The position numbers and the translations under genes were made by a program. From positions 126,542,001 to 126,606,000 of the forward strand of contig OZ024742.1 of assembly GCA_964016885.1 (NCBI GenBank): a stretch of 64,000 bases of DNA. The letters run 5' to 3'. Positions 42,042-59,235 of this stretch are shown in pieces. The notes below the pieces were generated by a model. That model was given only the letters and a program-made list of their open reading frames with translations, was not told the origin of the DNA and did no database searches. Source of the stretch: Eledone cirrhosa. Its lineage: Eukaryota. Every line of letters starts with the position of its first letter. Within the stretch, counting starts at the first letter, position 1.

Positions 42042-42650
42042 CTACAGGTACACACTGAGAGCAGGTCCATTCACTCGGGCTATTCTCACCTCTTTCACAC
42101 ACCTTTCAACAAATTGATTTGTTGAAGGCAGCACTTCCTTCTCCACCCTGATTTTCCTTTTCAAGTGAAACCTGAAGAAGATAATTAGGGGATCGCCGAA
42201 AAGGAAAGTGCCCGTCTTCAGCCCTTTCAGACGCGTCCAACACACGACCACTTTTTTTCGCTATGGCCACCAGACTGACAAAAACAGCCAGCTCTTCTTT
42301 ATTAAGGAAGGTTGGTGAGGCGACTTTGAGGATTGACTCAGTTGTCAGTTGGATCTGTCCCACATGTGACAACAGGTGTTCGAGATAAACCCACAAGCCA
42401 GCGATACTCGGACGCTGGGCGAGTGCGTGCACGACGTTTTCGTCGCCCTGCATGCATCATGGACATGCTCGGCTGCCGGCATTTCCATGCCTGTAGAATT
42501 TATCTCGGACCGGCAACTTTCCCCGATAGCACTGTCAGGTCAGGGATTTCTGAAAGTTATCAATAGGCCATGGAGCGAAGGTCCTGCGGAAGAAAATGGC
42601 TAATTGATTTTCGTCGACGCCCAGAGTTTCCCCAAGAACATCGTCGCTTT
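42042..42650 (-). pseudogene. L1/Tx1-clade LINE ORF2 C-terminal fragment (zf-RVT-like)
   Basis: Translation ...*QCYRGKLPVRDKFYRHGNAGSRACP*CMQGDENVVHALAQRPSIAGLW... is a decayed CxxC-E-H-C knuckle. It frameshifts into ...FFRFHLKRKIRVEK..FVERCVK. Confidence 0.85.
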
Positions 42651-43576
42651 GACCCACCACTAACCCACTAAAACATTATAGCAGACACATGGAAGGAATA
42701 TGAAGAAACCTGAACCAAAAAAGATACTGCTTGAAATAGTAGCCACATTTCCCTAAAACCACTCTTTACTACATTAAAAGGAAAGGATGCATTAGATGGT
42801 TCTAGGATAACCTTAAAAGGAAGGTATAATCATGATTGGAAATCACTTCCATTATGGGATTACTTGATCAGTGTTGATCTAATGATAAACAGCAACAACA
42901 ACAACATCATCATCAACAACAATAATTAATTACCTAAATTGGAAAGAAAGAAAGAAACAAATAAAGGGGATTTCAAGGGAGGGGACTGAAGGGTGCATGG
43001 TTGGATTAATTAGGGCTGAGGTGATCTTTATATAATTGATTGCAGGAAAAGCTTCTCACCACATTCGCGCACATTTGAATTTACGTATATACACATACAT
43101 ATACATACATATATACATACATATACACACACATGCATAATATATATATTCACACACATACATACATACAAACACACACATATACTTAGATACATACATA
43201 CAAAGTTACACAAAGACATACATGTATACACACAAAACAATGTTTAACACAGTTTGACATTTAGGCTGCATCGAGGAACACGTGGCATTTAAATGTAGTT
43301 GAACGATATCGACAGAGAAAGAGGGGGTGGTGGGTGTACGGAGGGAGTGAGATACCATTTCGCACACAAATACACACATAGAAACACGCCCGCATCTATG
43401 TATTATTTTCGGGTTATAGCTACTGTCGCTCAGAGAGTGGGATTGGCTCAGTGCACAGTCTTTCCTCACTTTAAAAAATATCTTCACGCACAAGCATTGC
43501 ATGATAGAATTAATTAATAATTATTAATAATGGTATACAGTGCAATGGCCATACTCGATAACGAGGGGGCAGCCAT

Positions 43577-46970
<3,394 letters not shown>

Positions 46971-47332
46971 GCATGGTTGTGTGTGTGTTTTGAAGTGTCT
47001 TTAATACCAGTTAAAAAAAGAATAAAAACCACAAACCTATCCACCCGCCAAATATCTATTAGTAATTTGTGCATGTTGAAAACAGTTTTGTATGAACATA
47101 TCTAAGTACTTTTCTAATTAAGCTTGCATGACCTTTGAAAATAAAACTTTTGCTTCAGTAGAACTTTGGGGCGGATGTTATGTAGAATCTAGTCAAATAT
47201 AAAACTATAATGAGTTGTTCAAAGTGAAGCTTTGATTTGTCAAACATCGTAATGAAATACGGCTGAATTTTAATAAAATTTCAATTAGGTTTTACAGCTA
47301 TTCACAAGGGGCATATATTTTCAATATGGACA

Positions 47333-47670
47333 CAGTGGCTGAATGGATAAGTTCACTTCCGAATGGTTAGGTCACGGGTTCTATTCCAGTATGGGGCATC
47401 ATGGAAAAGTGACAATTATCATAGCTTTGAGTCGTACGACCAATACCTTGTAAGTGTAATTAAGTTGATGGAGAGTGTTTGGAAAACCGTTGGATGGACT
47501 ATACCTTTAATTCAAAGGACCTGCATTATTACACAATGTGTCACACAAAATGTTCCAGCAAATTAAGTTAAGGGAATACGTATCTGTGGAATGCTTTACT
47601 TCTTACACGTTAATTCTACGAGCAGGGTGTTCCATTGGTCGAAAAACTGGAACACTTATCGACGAAATAG
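47333..47670 (+). mobile_element. SINE family B-related copy
   Basis: cagtggctgaatggataag A box, gggttctattcc B box, shared 3' body. Confidence 0.7.
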
Positions 47671-47866
47671 ATAGAGGACCATTCCATTTTAATATAATTA
47701 CAATTGGTTCTTCATTTAGGTGGATGGTATCCCTATAACTATTCACAAGGGATGTATATTCTGACGGTTAATTTAATCGACTTTGCCCCCCCCCCCCCCC
47801 AACGTTAGTCTTGTGCCTAATCCGAAAGCATATGACGCAATTACATATGTGGTACTCATCTAGAAA

Positions 47867-48117
47867 TCAACGTGCAAGTGACTGGCCAGTCCACAAACAC
47901 GTATACACTTGACACAATTCGCAGGGAGGTTCAGTGGGACACAGCGTGTGACAAAACTGGACCTGAGAATTACAGTTACAACTCATATTTGCTAACTGAG
48001 TAGACTGGAGCAGCGTGATATAAAGTGCCTTGTTCAAGGACATAACGTGCCTGCTGGAAATTGAACTCACGAATTCAAGTTCGTGAGCCAAACATTCTAA
48101 ACTCGAAGTCACATGCT
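47867..48117 (-). mobile_element. SINE family B
   Basis: Reverse complement of head and body (gactggagcagcgtg..aaagtgccttg.tcaaggaca..gaaattgaactcacg). Confidence 0.75.
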
Positions 48118-48191
48118 TTCAAATACACACACGTACACACTCATATTTACTTACATTATCAGCTGAATCAATTTATTAAAAACGAAATCTA

Positions 48192-48517
<326 letters not shown>

Positions 48518-48859
48518 CGTGTTAATGTGTGTGTGACAAACAAAGAGACAGAGCCAGAGAAAAAAAATCCCCATTTCAAATAATAATAGATTAATTATAT
48601 ACAGACAAAAATATATATAAATGTAATTATACTGATTGTATATTAAAGAATGTAGCCATTATTGCTTGATTAAACTATTTACTAACTCATGCAACATTCT
48701 TCAAACTGAATTCCCAGAACCATCTGGACACACAGACAGATGGTAAAAACTATGTGGCTATTTGTAAAAGAGACTAAATGTTTAGTTGTGAACCTCTGTG
48801 GGTGAGTTTTCAACTGGAGGCGAAACATACACATATAGATTTGGCAGATGTCCAGTTGC

Positions 48860-49085
48860 TGTTATTGTTGTCTAGCTCCAGGTCAGTCCTAACTGACATA
48901 ACGTATGATAAAAGGCGTTCTAGCTGTGAATACCTCAACAGTTTTTTTAGGGTGGGGATGGATAGAGGAGCAATGGTTAACTAAGACTACATTCGTCCTT
49001 TTCTTTTAAAGATAACACGGTATAATTTTAGGAAGAATGACAGCCATTCTCTGCACGTCAAGCGATCACATAAAGGGTTCCTAGT
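48860..49085 (+). mobile_element. Unclassified dispersed repeat (family C)
   Basis: tgttgtctagctccaggtcagtcct...gactacatt..ccttt..aagat..gtataattt.. Diverged relatives at ~29200-29330(-), 40780-40915, 42720-42890(-), 54720-54885 and 61655-61770(-). Confidence 0.6.
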
Positions 49086-49440
49086 TGGCTCAAAATACTA
49101 TGTAGAGGTTTTCCTCGTTGGCTCAAATTATCATATAGACGACTTTTGTGTTGGCTCAAATGATCATATTGTGGCCTTACTTGTTGGCTCAATTGATAAC
49201 ATAGTGGCCTTCCTCGTTGGCTCAAAGGATCATATAGTGCCCTTCATTGTTGGTTTAAATAATCATATAGTACCTTTCCTCGGCTCAAATGTTTATATAG
49301 AGGCCTTCTTCATTGGCTCAACTGATCATATAGTTCCTTCCTCATTGGCTCAAATGATCATATAGTGGTCTTCCTCGTTGGCTCAAATGATCATATAATG
49401 GACTTCCTCTTTTGTTCAAATGATCGCTTGAAGGCCATTC
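49065..49440. repeat. 33-bp degenerate minisatellite, about 11 copies
   Basis: ttggctcaaatgatcatatagtggccttcctcg. Confidence 0.88.
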
Positions 49441-49726
49441 TCGGATTCGAATTCATTGTGTGGTATCATGGTTAAGAATCTATTACCATAGTCTTTGGGG
49501 GATTTTTTTTAGATGGAAACTGAGTAGAAGCCTGTCAGGTGGATTGTACCTGTAATTCAAAAGTCCAGCCTCGTCACACACTATCATGATGATTTTGCCT
49601 GAAGGTACCTGTGTTTGTTACTTATACGCTATTCAATTGAACTGATTTTTGAAACCGACGGAGGTATATTATTAGATTTTTGAAATTTGGGTTTATAATG
49701 TTTAGTTTCAAATTGTCAGTATCGGG

Positions 49727-50145
49727 GGATTGGCAGTATCGGTGGAGGGTCGGACGCCATGCTTTCCAGCATAGTTACGTCCCTTTATGTTCTGAGTTCA
49801 AATACCGCCAAGGTTAACTTTGCCTTTCATCCTTACGGGGTCGAAAAAATAAAGTACCAGTAATGCACTGGGTAATTGCTGGCCTTGTGCCAAAAGTAGA
49901 AACAATTATTTTATCACCCAACGGTGGATTGGCAGAAATCTTGCCGAGGTCAACTTTGCCTATCATCCTTACGGGGGTCGATAAGATAAAGTACCAGTAA
50001 CACACTGGGTCGATTTAATCGACTTTCCCCCTCCCCCCAAAATTGTTGGCATATAACAGAAACCATTATTACACGTCGATAAAATAAAGTACCAGTAATG
50101 CACTGGATAATTGCTGGCCTTGTGCCTAAAGTAGAAACAATTATT
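49727..50145 (+). mobile_element. Cluster of three SINE family A copies
   Basis: Full short form 49727-49910, internally deleted long form 49925-50070, 5'-truncated 50075-50145. Confidence 0.9.
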
Positions 50146-51955
50146 AAATTATCTCAGTTGAAGAAAACGCTCTAAGTTGATAACCAACAATGTGAATAGA
50201 TATAACTCTTTTGTTGAATATTGTTTGTAGCTCACAAGTAACATATCTGTCAATCGTGCCTTGAGGTATTTCTTCGAAAAATTCTGTATAATTGAAGACA
50301 GGCCTCAATTACTCAATTACTCAAGTATACTCGCGATATTGTGAATTTAATTTCACAAATGAAAACAAATCCGGTTACCTGGAGCGATATACGTCTTATG
50401 AACTATGTGTGAAGAGAAGTAAAAACCATATCCACTGAAGCAGTACCTTCCTTACAAGACTGAAATTTGCTTTAATTCACAAGTAAGCATTCGTATTGCT
50501 TTGCACTAAAAAAACCTATTAGCAAAACAAACGTAAACGATTATTTATTAATCAATTTATTCGTTGGTAATTCATATAGTAAATAGATTTCAATGGAAAT
50601 TATTAAATAGCCTCAGTAGATGTATTTACTAAAATAATTGAACACCAAACTTGTAGGGGTTTACTATAAAAGCAGCTGTTTTTGCTTATATGGTGAACAG
50701 GAAGTAATTCAACGTAGGTTAAATATAAAATGGCTGCTGGTCGGCGAGTTATAAGCCTGCTAATTGTGAGTAGATTAATTGATAGTTAGATATTTGTCGT
50801 CTGTTAATTACATATAAATCTAAAGATAATGGAACAATTACCTCCCTGTAATGTCTCAATAATCTTCTGCAAGGAAGGGCAGGGATAGTACCAATAATTC
50901 TTTAAGATAAGGACGGTTGGGGAAAGTTAATATATTTAATGTTCGGTTAAACGTTTTGTAGATCAGTACATGAAGAGAACAATCTAAGAAAGTATGACCT
51001 CGGTATCAAATAAACCATCCAGATTTTTTCATCAGCAGAACACTGCAAATAAAATATCCAATCCAAGGCCTTACTCCTGTTGGAAGAACCCCTCCCTGGA
51101 TGACCTCCACCACTTTCTGTTTGGTTTTGGTCCAGTCAGGAGTGTAGCCGTACTCACCTTACTTTTCCAATTGCAGGTTGGTGAAGCTATATAACCCATA
51201 GTTGGGTTAAATAACATATCAGGCATACAAAAATCACAGCTCTATGTTGACTCTGAATGGATAGAGCTACGCTCTAATCACTATAACAGAGAGTATGTGT
51301 GAATAAAAGGCGAGAGAATTCTAAGACCTGACAGAGTATTTGGTGCATGTTCTAGATAGAGAAAAACTGAAGATGTGGCGAAAGATGAGACACGAAAACG
51401 AATGCGTTTATGTTGAGTTGGTATATAACAACATAATCTGCAAATATCAGGTCTTGACTGAACGTTACATTTTTATGCCGGGGTCGCCTCATTATTATCG
51501 GCGTTCTCGGTCCCCGAACTGCCGTTTTCCTCCGCAAAATTGAGAGGAGTGTACCCCGTCTGAAAAATGGGTCCCGTGAGGTTGAGCGGTTGATGTAGCG
51601 ACTGTTACTAGATGTTGTTCGCGGCAACTCCTTTACCATTTTGTTCGCATGGTGTAGAATCTGCTAACACCTCCACCTCTTATTTTGTTCTTTATTTTTT
51701 CTTTCTTTTCATTTTTATTACACATATTATATAATTTAATTGACGTGTGTTGACTAAAGATCTGAACTTTCTTCCTTAAATAAAAGTAATGCTACAATCT
51801 CGGGTTAAAAAAGATAAGTTCTTTCGAGCAAAACTCTTTGTAGTAGCCGTAAAAGGAAGCACACATTTAGTAGAACAGGTTAGAAAAGAGACAGGATGAA
51901 ACAACTAAACAACAACAAAGACAATACAATAGTTCAACTATATAACTGTGTATGA

Positions 51956-52029
<74 letters not shown>

Positions 52030-52030
<1 letters not shown>

Positions 52031-52145
52031 TTTATCTGGGGTTCAATTGGGGGTAACTACAGTAAGTAAGGTACTCAATACACAGCAGAGTATAACTATT
52101 TAATATAGAAATGGCTTCTACAGGACTAGAACTGTTTCATTCATA
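52030..52145 (-). mobile_element. Short TA-flanked element with hammerhead 3' half
   Basis: Minus strand gaat GAAAC agttcta GTC ctgtag..., with (TA)n on both sides. Confidence 0.7.
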
Positions 52146-52152
52146 TATATAA

Positions 52153-52218
<66 letters not shown>

Positions 52219-53076
52219 ATATATGTATATATATATTTATATATACGTGTGTGTGTGTGCGCGCGCGCATATGTGTGTGTGTGTGTGCGTGTGTATACGT
52301 TTCTTTTGCGTGTTCGATTTTCGTCAATTGAGCTATATGTTTTAATTTAGGATAACTCTTTCCCTTCACATATCTCCGCTTCTCTCTCTCTCTCTCTTCA
52401 TATGTATCCGCTTCTCTTTCTGTCCCTCTCTCTCTTTCTTTCCTTCACCCAATTTGTCCCCATCTCTCCTGAGATATCTATTTTTTCTCTCCTTCGAAAT
52501 ACCTGGCTTTAGTTTTGTCTATTATTTATATATACGTTCTTTCCCACCTCTCCCTGTTTCTTTCCTCTTCTTTTATCCTTCATCATCTCTTTGCTTATTT
52601 GAACGCCTCACCCCCCACCCCTGATTCTTTTTCTGTCCCTCCCCATCCTCCCTCTCTCCCTTACTCACACACACTCACCCACTTTCTGTGTTAATGACTT
52701 TTAATTTAATTATTTAAAAATAGCGATATGCCTCCCGTCTTGACTACAGCGAGAGAACTATCCACTTGATACAACAAACGCCTCCAACAATGATTCATAT
52801 ATAGCAGGTGGCGCCTCCAAGCGGTGGCGTCTGCCCTATATACCTTCCCAATAACATTTTATGACGGAATCAACCACTTAGATCGAGCTCCTACTGAGAT
52901 GTAAACAGTTAAAAACATCTAAGAATTCAAAACTAAAACAACTTATATATTTAAATATATTTAGGCAAAAAAAAAAAAAAGAAAAAGAAAAACATACACA
53001 AAAAAAAGAAAATAAACACATTTCATATTTGGATTTGAAATTATATTTCAAAGAGTGTAAGTAAAATTCTTCTTTG

Positions 53077-53107
<31 letters not shown>

Positions 53108-53128
53108 TCCATTATATCTTTTTAACGA

Positions 53129-53184
53129 ATAAAGTACCAGTAATGAACTGGGTAATTGCTGGCCTTGTGCCTAAAGTAGAAACA
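53129..53184 (+). mobile_element. 5'-truncated SINE A with 18-bp TSD
   Basis: attatatctttttaacga at 53111-53128 and 53185-53202. Confidence 0.9.
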
Positions 53185-53399
53185 ATTATATCTTTTTAAC
53201 GATGTAAATGAAATGAATGGCTGCATAGTTAAGCAAACACATCATTTCGGATTCGTTCACAAGCAGAAACTATACGGAAGCCTGTCATATGTATATATAT
53301 ATAACAAAGAAAGCGTGGTAAGGAACCATAACGCACCAAAGTACTCGGATCTAGTTGTCGAAACGGCCGGAGTTCAGCCGTCAGGGTCCTCACTCTTTT

Positions 53400-53457
<58 letters not shown>

Positions 53458-53497
53458 AGTATTAATAAATGGAAACTATCTTTATAAAACCATATTT

Positions 53498-53557
53498 ATT
53501 TTATTATATATATTTCAAGGGTACCAAGACTTTTGGTACGCGATCATCAGACAAAAT
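53498..53557 (-). ncRNA. Type I hammerhead ribozyme, intact core
   Basis: Minus strand attttgt CTGATGA tcgc-gtaccaa(aagtc)ttggtac-cctt GAAA tatat ATA ataaaat. 7-bp stem I and palindromic ATATATAT stem III. The base of stem II is mismatched. Confidence 0.78.
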
Positions 53558-53729
53558 ACAAAAGTTGTTTTACAGATAGTGACATATTCAAAACTAGAAC
53601 TTAACGTTTTGAGTTCTGTTTGAATAGTCAATACTATTGATATTAACTCCAGAAGAAATTTGTAGAGTGCTTCTAAACTGTTATAAATTAAATTTGTTGA
53701 ATAACTAACAAATTAAATAACTCATTGCT

Positions 53730-53853
<124 letters not shown>

Positions 53854-54039
53854 CGTGTGTGAGCAATGTAATCTAATGCTGAATTTTGAGTTGCTTCTAG
53901 TGGCTGGTTGTGGTAATGGCGGTGCAGGTGGTGGAAGTATTGTTGATGTTGTTGTTGGTGGTAAGTAAGAAAGGATCACAAAATCTTAGTTTCCGAGTTG
54001 AGAGTCAAGTAGTAAGTTATAAAGAGGGGACACAATGGA

Positions 54040-54690
54040 ACGGTTTCTTCTAAGGGTTCTAAGGAGTTCGCTTCGCAATCATTAGGTCACGATTTCAATC
54101 CCATTATGTGGTATCTTGGGCAAATGTCATTTATCAATGCCTCAGGATGACAAAAAAAAAAGAAGCCTAAAATCTGTCGCAAACCCGGAGGCTCATCAGG
54201 CCAGTGTATATTCCGGTGTGCGAGGCGTGAAGCGACTGAGAGTACCCCCCCCCCTCCGGACAGGACGCCAGCCCATCGCAGAGTTAAACCCCAAGCTATT
54301 GCTGGTACTCATTTTCAGCTGAGTATACTGGAGTAAGGTAAAATGAAATATTTTGCTCAATAACAACACACATCTCAATCAAGGAATCGAACCTATGACA
54401 TTATGATCGTAAGTCCAACACCCTAACCACTAGGTCACGCGCCTCCTCAGGAAGACCCAAATCTTTTAAGTGAAACTGGGTAGACGGAAACTGTTTTGAA
54501 GCCTGTTCGATGGACTGTGCGTCATTCAAAGGGTGAGGCTTGTCACATGTCACGTTGAATCTCTATAGGAATTACCTTAAGAATACACGTATCTGTGGAA
54601 TGCTCGGCCATTTGTACGTTGATTTCATTCATGAGCAGACATTTCAGTTGATGGAACAACTGGAGAACTGATCGTCGAAGCCGAGGGGCT
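54040..54690 (+). mobile_element. SINE B-related copy interrupted by a nested SINE
   Basis: Head 54040-54150 continues at 54445-54690 into the shared 3' body. Confidence 0.7.
54152..54444 (-). mobile_element. tRNA-derived SINE, nested, 12-bp TSD
   Basis: Minus head gaggcgcgtgacctagtggttaggg..ggttcgattcc. TSD cctcaggatgac (54140) / cctcaggaagac (54445). Confidence 0.85.
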
Positions 54691-55174
54691 CCATCCCATA
54701 CATTTGGGTCGAACAGAAAAATGCTCCAAAGTGTTCCAGCTACAACGTTCGGGATTTTTAGAGGTACGTCTTAGATAACTTCATCAAATATGTCAGTTGG
54801 GTATATTTATGATAGTAAAGTGTGATTCGTGAGAGGGATTTCACTGCTATTCTAGAAGGTAACATGACCACGTAGGTGCTTCCTCTGACGAGATTTGTAG
54901 TGTCGATTATCTACACAGGGGCCATCAGTTGAAATACGCTACTGGTGTTATGTTGAGGTTCATTGTATTTTCCTTCTGTTGGACCAAAGGAATATGACTT
55001 ACAATGGACTAGCAAGTTATCCACTGGGAAAAAACCTTGTACATTCCCCCTTAAGACTAGAGGAATATGAATTACAATGGACTAGTGACATATCCATGTA
55101 CACAGGCACCAGCACCATGCCGACCACCACCAACACCACCACCAGAAACACAACAATGACAACGACTCCCCCCC

Positions 55175-55682
55175 TACCATTATCACCATCATCCCCATTA
55201 CCACCACCACTGCCATCATTACAAGCCCCCCCTCCTCCACCACCATTATCACCATCATCGCTATTACCACCACCACTGCCATCATTACAACTCCCCCTCC
55301 CCCTCCACCACCATTATCACCATCATCGCTATTACCACCACCACTGCCATCATTACAACTCCCCCTCCACCTCCACCACCATTATCACCATCATCGCTAT
55401 TACCACCACCACTGCCATCATTACAAGCCCCCCCTCCTCCACCACCATTATCACCATCATCGCTATTACCACCACCACTGCCATCATTATAACTCCCCCT
55501 CCTCCACCACCATTATCACCATCATCGCTATTACCACCACCACTGCCATCATTACAAGCCCCCCCCCTCCTCCACCACCATTATCACCATCATCGCTATT
55601 ACCACCACCACTGCCATCATTACAACTCCCCCGCCCCCTCCACCACCATCATCGCTATTACCACCACCACTGCCATCATTAT
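55175..55682. repeat. ~65-bp minisatellite, about 8 copies
   Basis: ccaccaccattatcaccatcatcgctattaccaccaccactgccatcattacaa(g/ct)ccccc. Confidence 0.92.
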
Positions 55683-56189
55683 AAGCGACAGTGTGACATA
55701 TGATAACGATGGTGGAGTGAGCGAGTATGATGGAATGTCCTTACATACCATTCCCATATGAAACAAATGACGAATCTATTTATGTGTTAATTAGTGTGCT
55801 GTTCAATATCCCATCCACAACAATATTCTTCCTGACATTCCCCCATTTCCTCCTCCTTCTCCTCCTCCTCCCCCTCCTTATCATCGCCCTCATCATCATC
55901 AACATCATTATCAACAGCATTATCAACAAAGTGTTCCTGTAACTCGTTCTCATCACCCAAGTCAACTAAATGACCATCATCATCTATATAATAATGCTAA
56001 CGCCACCACCACCACCACTATCACCACCACCACCATCACCACCACCACCACCAACACCAACAGGCAAAATATCATCATCATCATCACCACAAGAGCAGAG
56101 ACACGATTTACTGAAACCAGGACACGCCAACAGGGAATTTTCAAACTTCGATATATACAGAAAAGTTGCTAAAATACCTTCTCACACAC

Positions 56190-56857
56190 ATGTATGTATG
56201 TATGTATGTATGTATGTATGTATGTATGTATGTATGTGTGTGTGTGTGTATGTGTGTGTGTGTGTGTGTATGTATGTGTGTGTGTATGTATGTATTATAT
56301 ATGTATGTATGTGTGTATGTATGTATGTGTGTATGTATTTGTGTATGTATGTATGTGTGTATGTATGTATATATGTATGTATGTGTGTCTGTATTTATGT
56401 ATGTATGTACGTATGTATGTGTGTGTGTGTGTATGTATGTATGTGTGTGTGTATGTATGTGTGTATGTATGTATATATGTATGCAAGTATTTATGTGTGT
56501 CTGTATATATATATATATATGTATGTATGTATGTATGTGTGTATGTATTTGTGTATGTATGTATGTGTGTATGTATGTATATATGTGTGTCTGTATTTAT
56601 GTATGTATGTACGTATGTATGTGTGTGTGTGTGTGTATGTATGTGTGTGTGTATGTATGTGTGTATGTATGTATATATGTATGCAAGTATTTATGTGTGT
56701 CTGTATATATATATATATATATGTATGTATGTACGTACGTATGTGTGTCTATGTATGTATGTGTGTGTCTATGTATGTATGTGTGTGTCTATGTATGTGT
56801 GTGTCTATGTATGTATGTGTGTGTCTATGTATGTGTGTGTCTATGTATGTATGTATG
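56190..56857. repeat. (TATG)n/(TG)n compound microsatellite with internal duplication
   Basis: Direct. Confidence 0.95.
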
Positions 56858-56954
56858 AAATGAACACGATTTCCATGCAACACGATTTCCATGCAACACG
56901 GTTTCCACGAACAGTGTCCCAGCTTTTCGAAACAACGGAACATCCTGCTCAATG

Positions 56955-57228
56955 AACAAACATGTAAGTGTCTAAGCATTACACAGGCACGTCTATCCAT
57001 AACATACTTCTGAAGGAGATTCAGCGTGACACAGTATGTGAAAAGGGTGGGCCCTTTGAATTGCATGTACAGTTCATCAGACAGTTACTTTCCTTATACG
57101 TAATTTCACTCACAAGGTATGGTACTCCCGATGCAAAGGTAAACGCCACTTGCTCCCGATGCCACACAATGGGATCGAACTCGGGACTTGATAATTGGGA
57201 GGCGAGCCCCTTAACACACATAACACGC
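56955..57228 (-). mobile_element. SINE family B-related
   Basis: gagattcagcgtgacacag body and gggatcgaactc B-box on the minus strand. Confidence 0.7.
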
Positions 57229-57309
57229 ACATTTATATGAAGTGAGGTATTATTACAGTAGACACATGATAAATGATTTAAGATTAGGAGGATGGGGAGA
57301 TGAAAAAGA

Positions 57310-57398
<89 letters not shown>

Positions 57399-57471
57399 CA
57401 GGAGAGAGAGAGAGATGTATATATATATATATACATACATATATAGAGATAGTATGCATTATGTATGTATG

Positions 57472-57543
<72 letters not shown>

Positions 57544-57558
57544 CAGGAGAGAGAGAGA

Positions 57559-57594
<36 letters not shown>

Positions 57595-57624
57595 CATATA
57601 TAGAGATAGTATGCATTATGTATG

Positions 57625-57666
<42 letters not shown>

Positions 57667-58300
57667 TATTTCTTTATTAGCCACAGGGGCACAAAAGAAG
57701 GGGACAAATACAAAGGGGGAAGTTTACATACAATAAAAACGTGTAAAATGTTATCACAGATGGAATTTAAAAGTTAGTCGATTTTCCCCAATGGAGGGAG
57801 ACAGTTTATATGGGTAACACATACCCCCGAAAAAAAATGTACAACCCTCATCTCCAGGAGTACGAAGAGCTTGTACTCCTTTCCTCTATATAAATAGATA
57901 GATAGATAGATATATACAGAGAGAGAGAGAGATGGGGGGGGGGGGGAGATGAAGAGGAAGAATATTTTTCAATTGACTTTCATTATCAGAAACTTCAAGT
58001 GAAGTGGTACTTCCGGAGTTGTTCACGCCTTCGTCATAAAATGTCTGTGTATGGATGTGCATATAAATATGTATGTTAGTAGTGTGTGATTATATGTAAT
58101 ACTTGGATATGTTTGAGAACAAACGCAGACACACACACACATACACACACACACGTTTGATAATCTACTGAGTGTGAGAAATCATCTATCTACACATCTC
58201 CTACGTATGGCATTGTCTGTTTTATATAGGTCCAACAGAATATTTTATATATATAAGCCTTCATAAAAAAAAATTTGGTTTCGTCATGGAGTTAGTTAAC

Positions 58301-58339
58301 TTCACTGATGAGGTCCAATATAACCAAAACATATCTGGA
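58301..58339 (+). ncRNA. Degenerate hammerhead motif
   Basis: ttca CTGATGA ggt-ccaatata-acc AAAAC atATC tgga. G12A (CpG-type change) and a damaged stem III. Confidence 0.5.
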
Positions 58340-58834
58340 TTTGGCACCATAGCTAACAAAATACGGCAAAATATATTTTCCACTTTACCGATTTTTCTTG
58401 ATAGTGCTCTAATAATAATAGTAATGGTTTCTTATTTAGGCACAAGGCCAATAATTTTTGGGGAGGGGAAAGTCAATTAATTCGACCCTAGTACATTAAC
58501 TGGTACATTATTTTATCGTGCCCAGAAGGATGAAGAGTTGATTTCGACGGGATTTGAACACAGAACGTAACGCACCGGGACAAATACCACAATGTATTGG
58601 ATCGTCAAGTATGAAATTTGTAGACATTTGTAGAAGAAAAAACCAATTTCTACAAATTTCATACTTGACGACCACAATGTATTTTATGTGATGAGACAAG
58701 GCAACACATTTTGGAGGCTAGTCGAGTAAATCTCGCTCAGTATTTAACTGGTACTTTATTTAATCGAGCTCATGTGTCAAAGTCAGAAATCTGTTTTCTT
58801 TTTTGAGTGGGACTAAGAATTTGCCATTTATACT

Positions 58835-59103
58835 ATAGACTCCAATATGGCTGATACGGGAATGTGGTTAGAATATCCCAGGAAAGAATCGCTGGACAGA
58901 TTTTACGGGCAAAACCAACCGGTAAGATGGTTGGATAACATCCATGAGCTCGGCTGATCTCGCTTGCGTATCCAGCCGGATCTATTGGAGACAGTTGCTT
59001 CTGACACTTGGAGGAGTGTTTGAGAACTCTGCCCACATGACCCTCCCAAGAATAAGTATTAGAAGAAGAAGAAGAAGAAGAAGAAGAAGAAGAAGAAGAA
59101 GAA
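58835..59103 (+). pseudogene. RTE-clade LINE 3' end with (GAA)n tail
   Basis: RLQYG*YGNVVRISQERIAGQILRAKPTGK / RWLDNIHELG*SRLRIQPDLLETVASDTWRSV, followed by (gaa)n at 59061-59103. Confidence 0.78.
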
Positions 59104-59235
59104 CCCTAGAATGTGGAAAGTCACAGTCGACCGCCGACTGGATTTGAATTTAGAATGTACAGAATGTACAACTAAAAACAGCATAATGTAACATTGACCA
59201 GCTTTTTCTGATTTTTGCTTTCGAACGTTCTAAGT

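Noticed and set aside
51362-51415. CTGAAGA...GAAA hammerhead-like match
   Set aside because: Stem I does not pair, there is an extra base before stem II, the triplet is UUU, and there is no TA-linked tail
53600-53700. Minus-strand LEALY peptide as a GIY-YIG endonuclease end
   Set aside because: Better explained as the complement of a shared cleavage-site/stem I motif (gtagagtgcttct). There is no other GIY-YIG motif.
54185-54230. CTGATGAG on the minus strand
   Set aside because: Part of the nested SINE tail, with no GAAA or stem architecture
57313-57660. Local duplication of a (TA)n(GA)n block
   Set aside because: Real but ordinary microsatellite-mediated tandem duplication, or an assembly artefact
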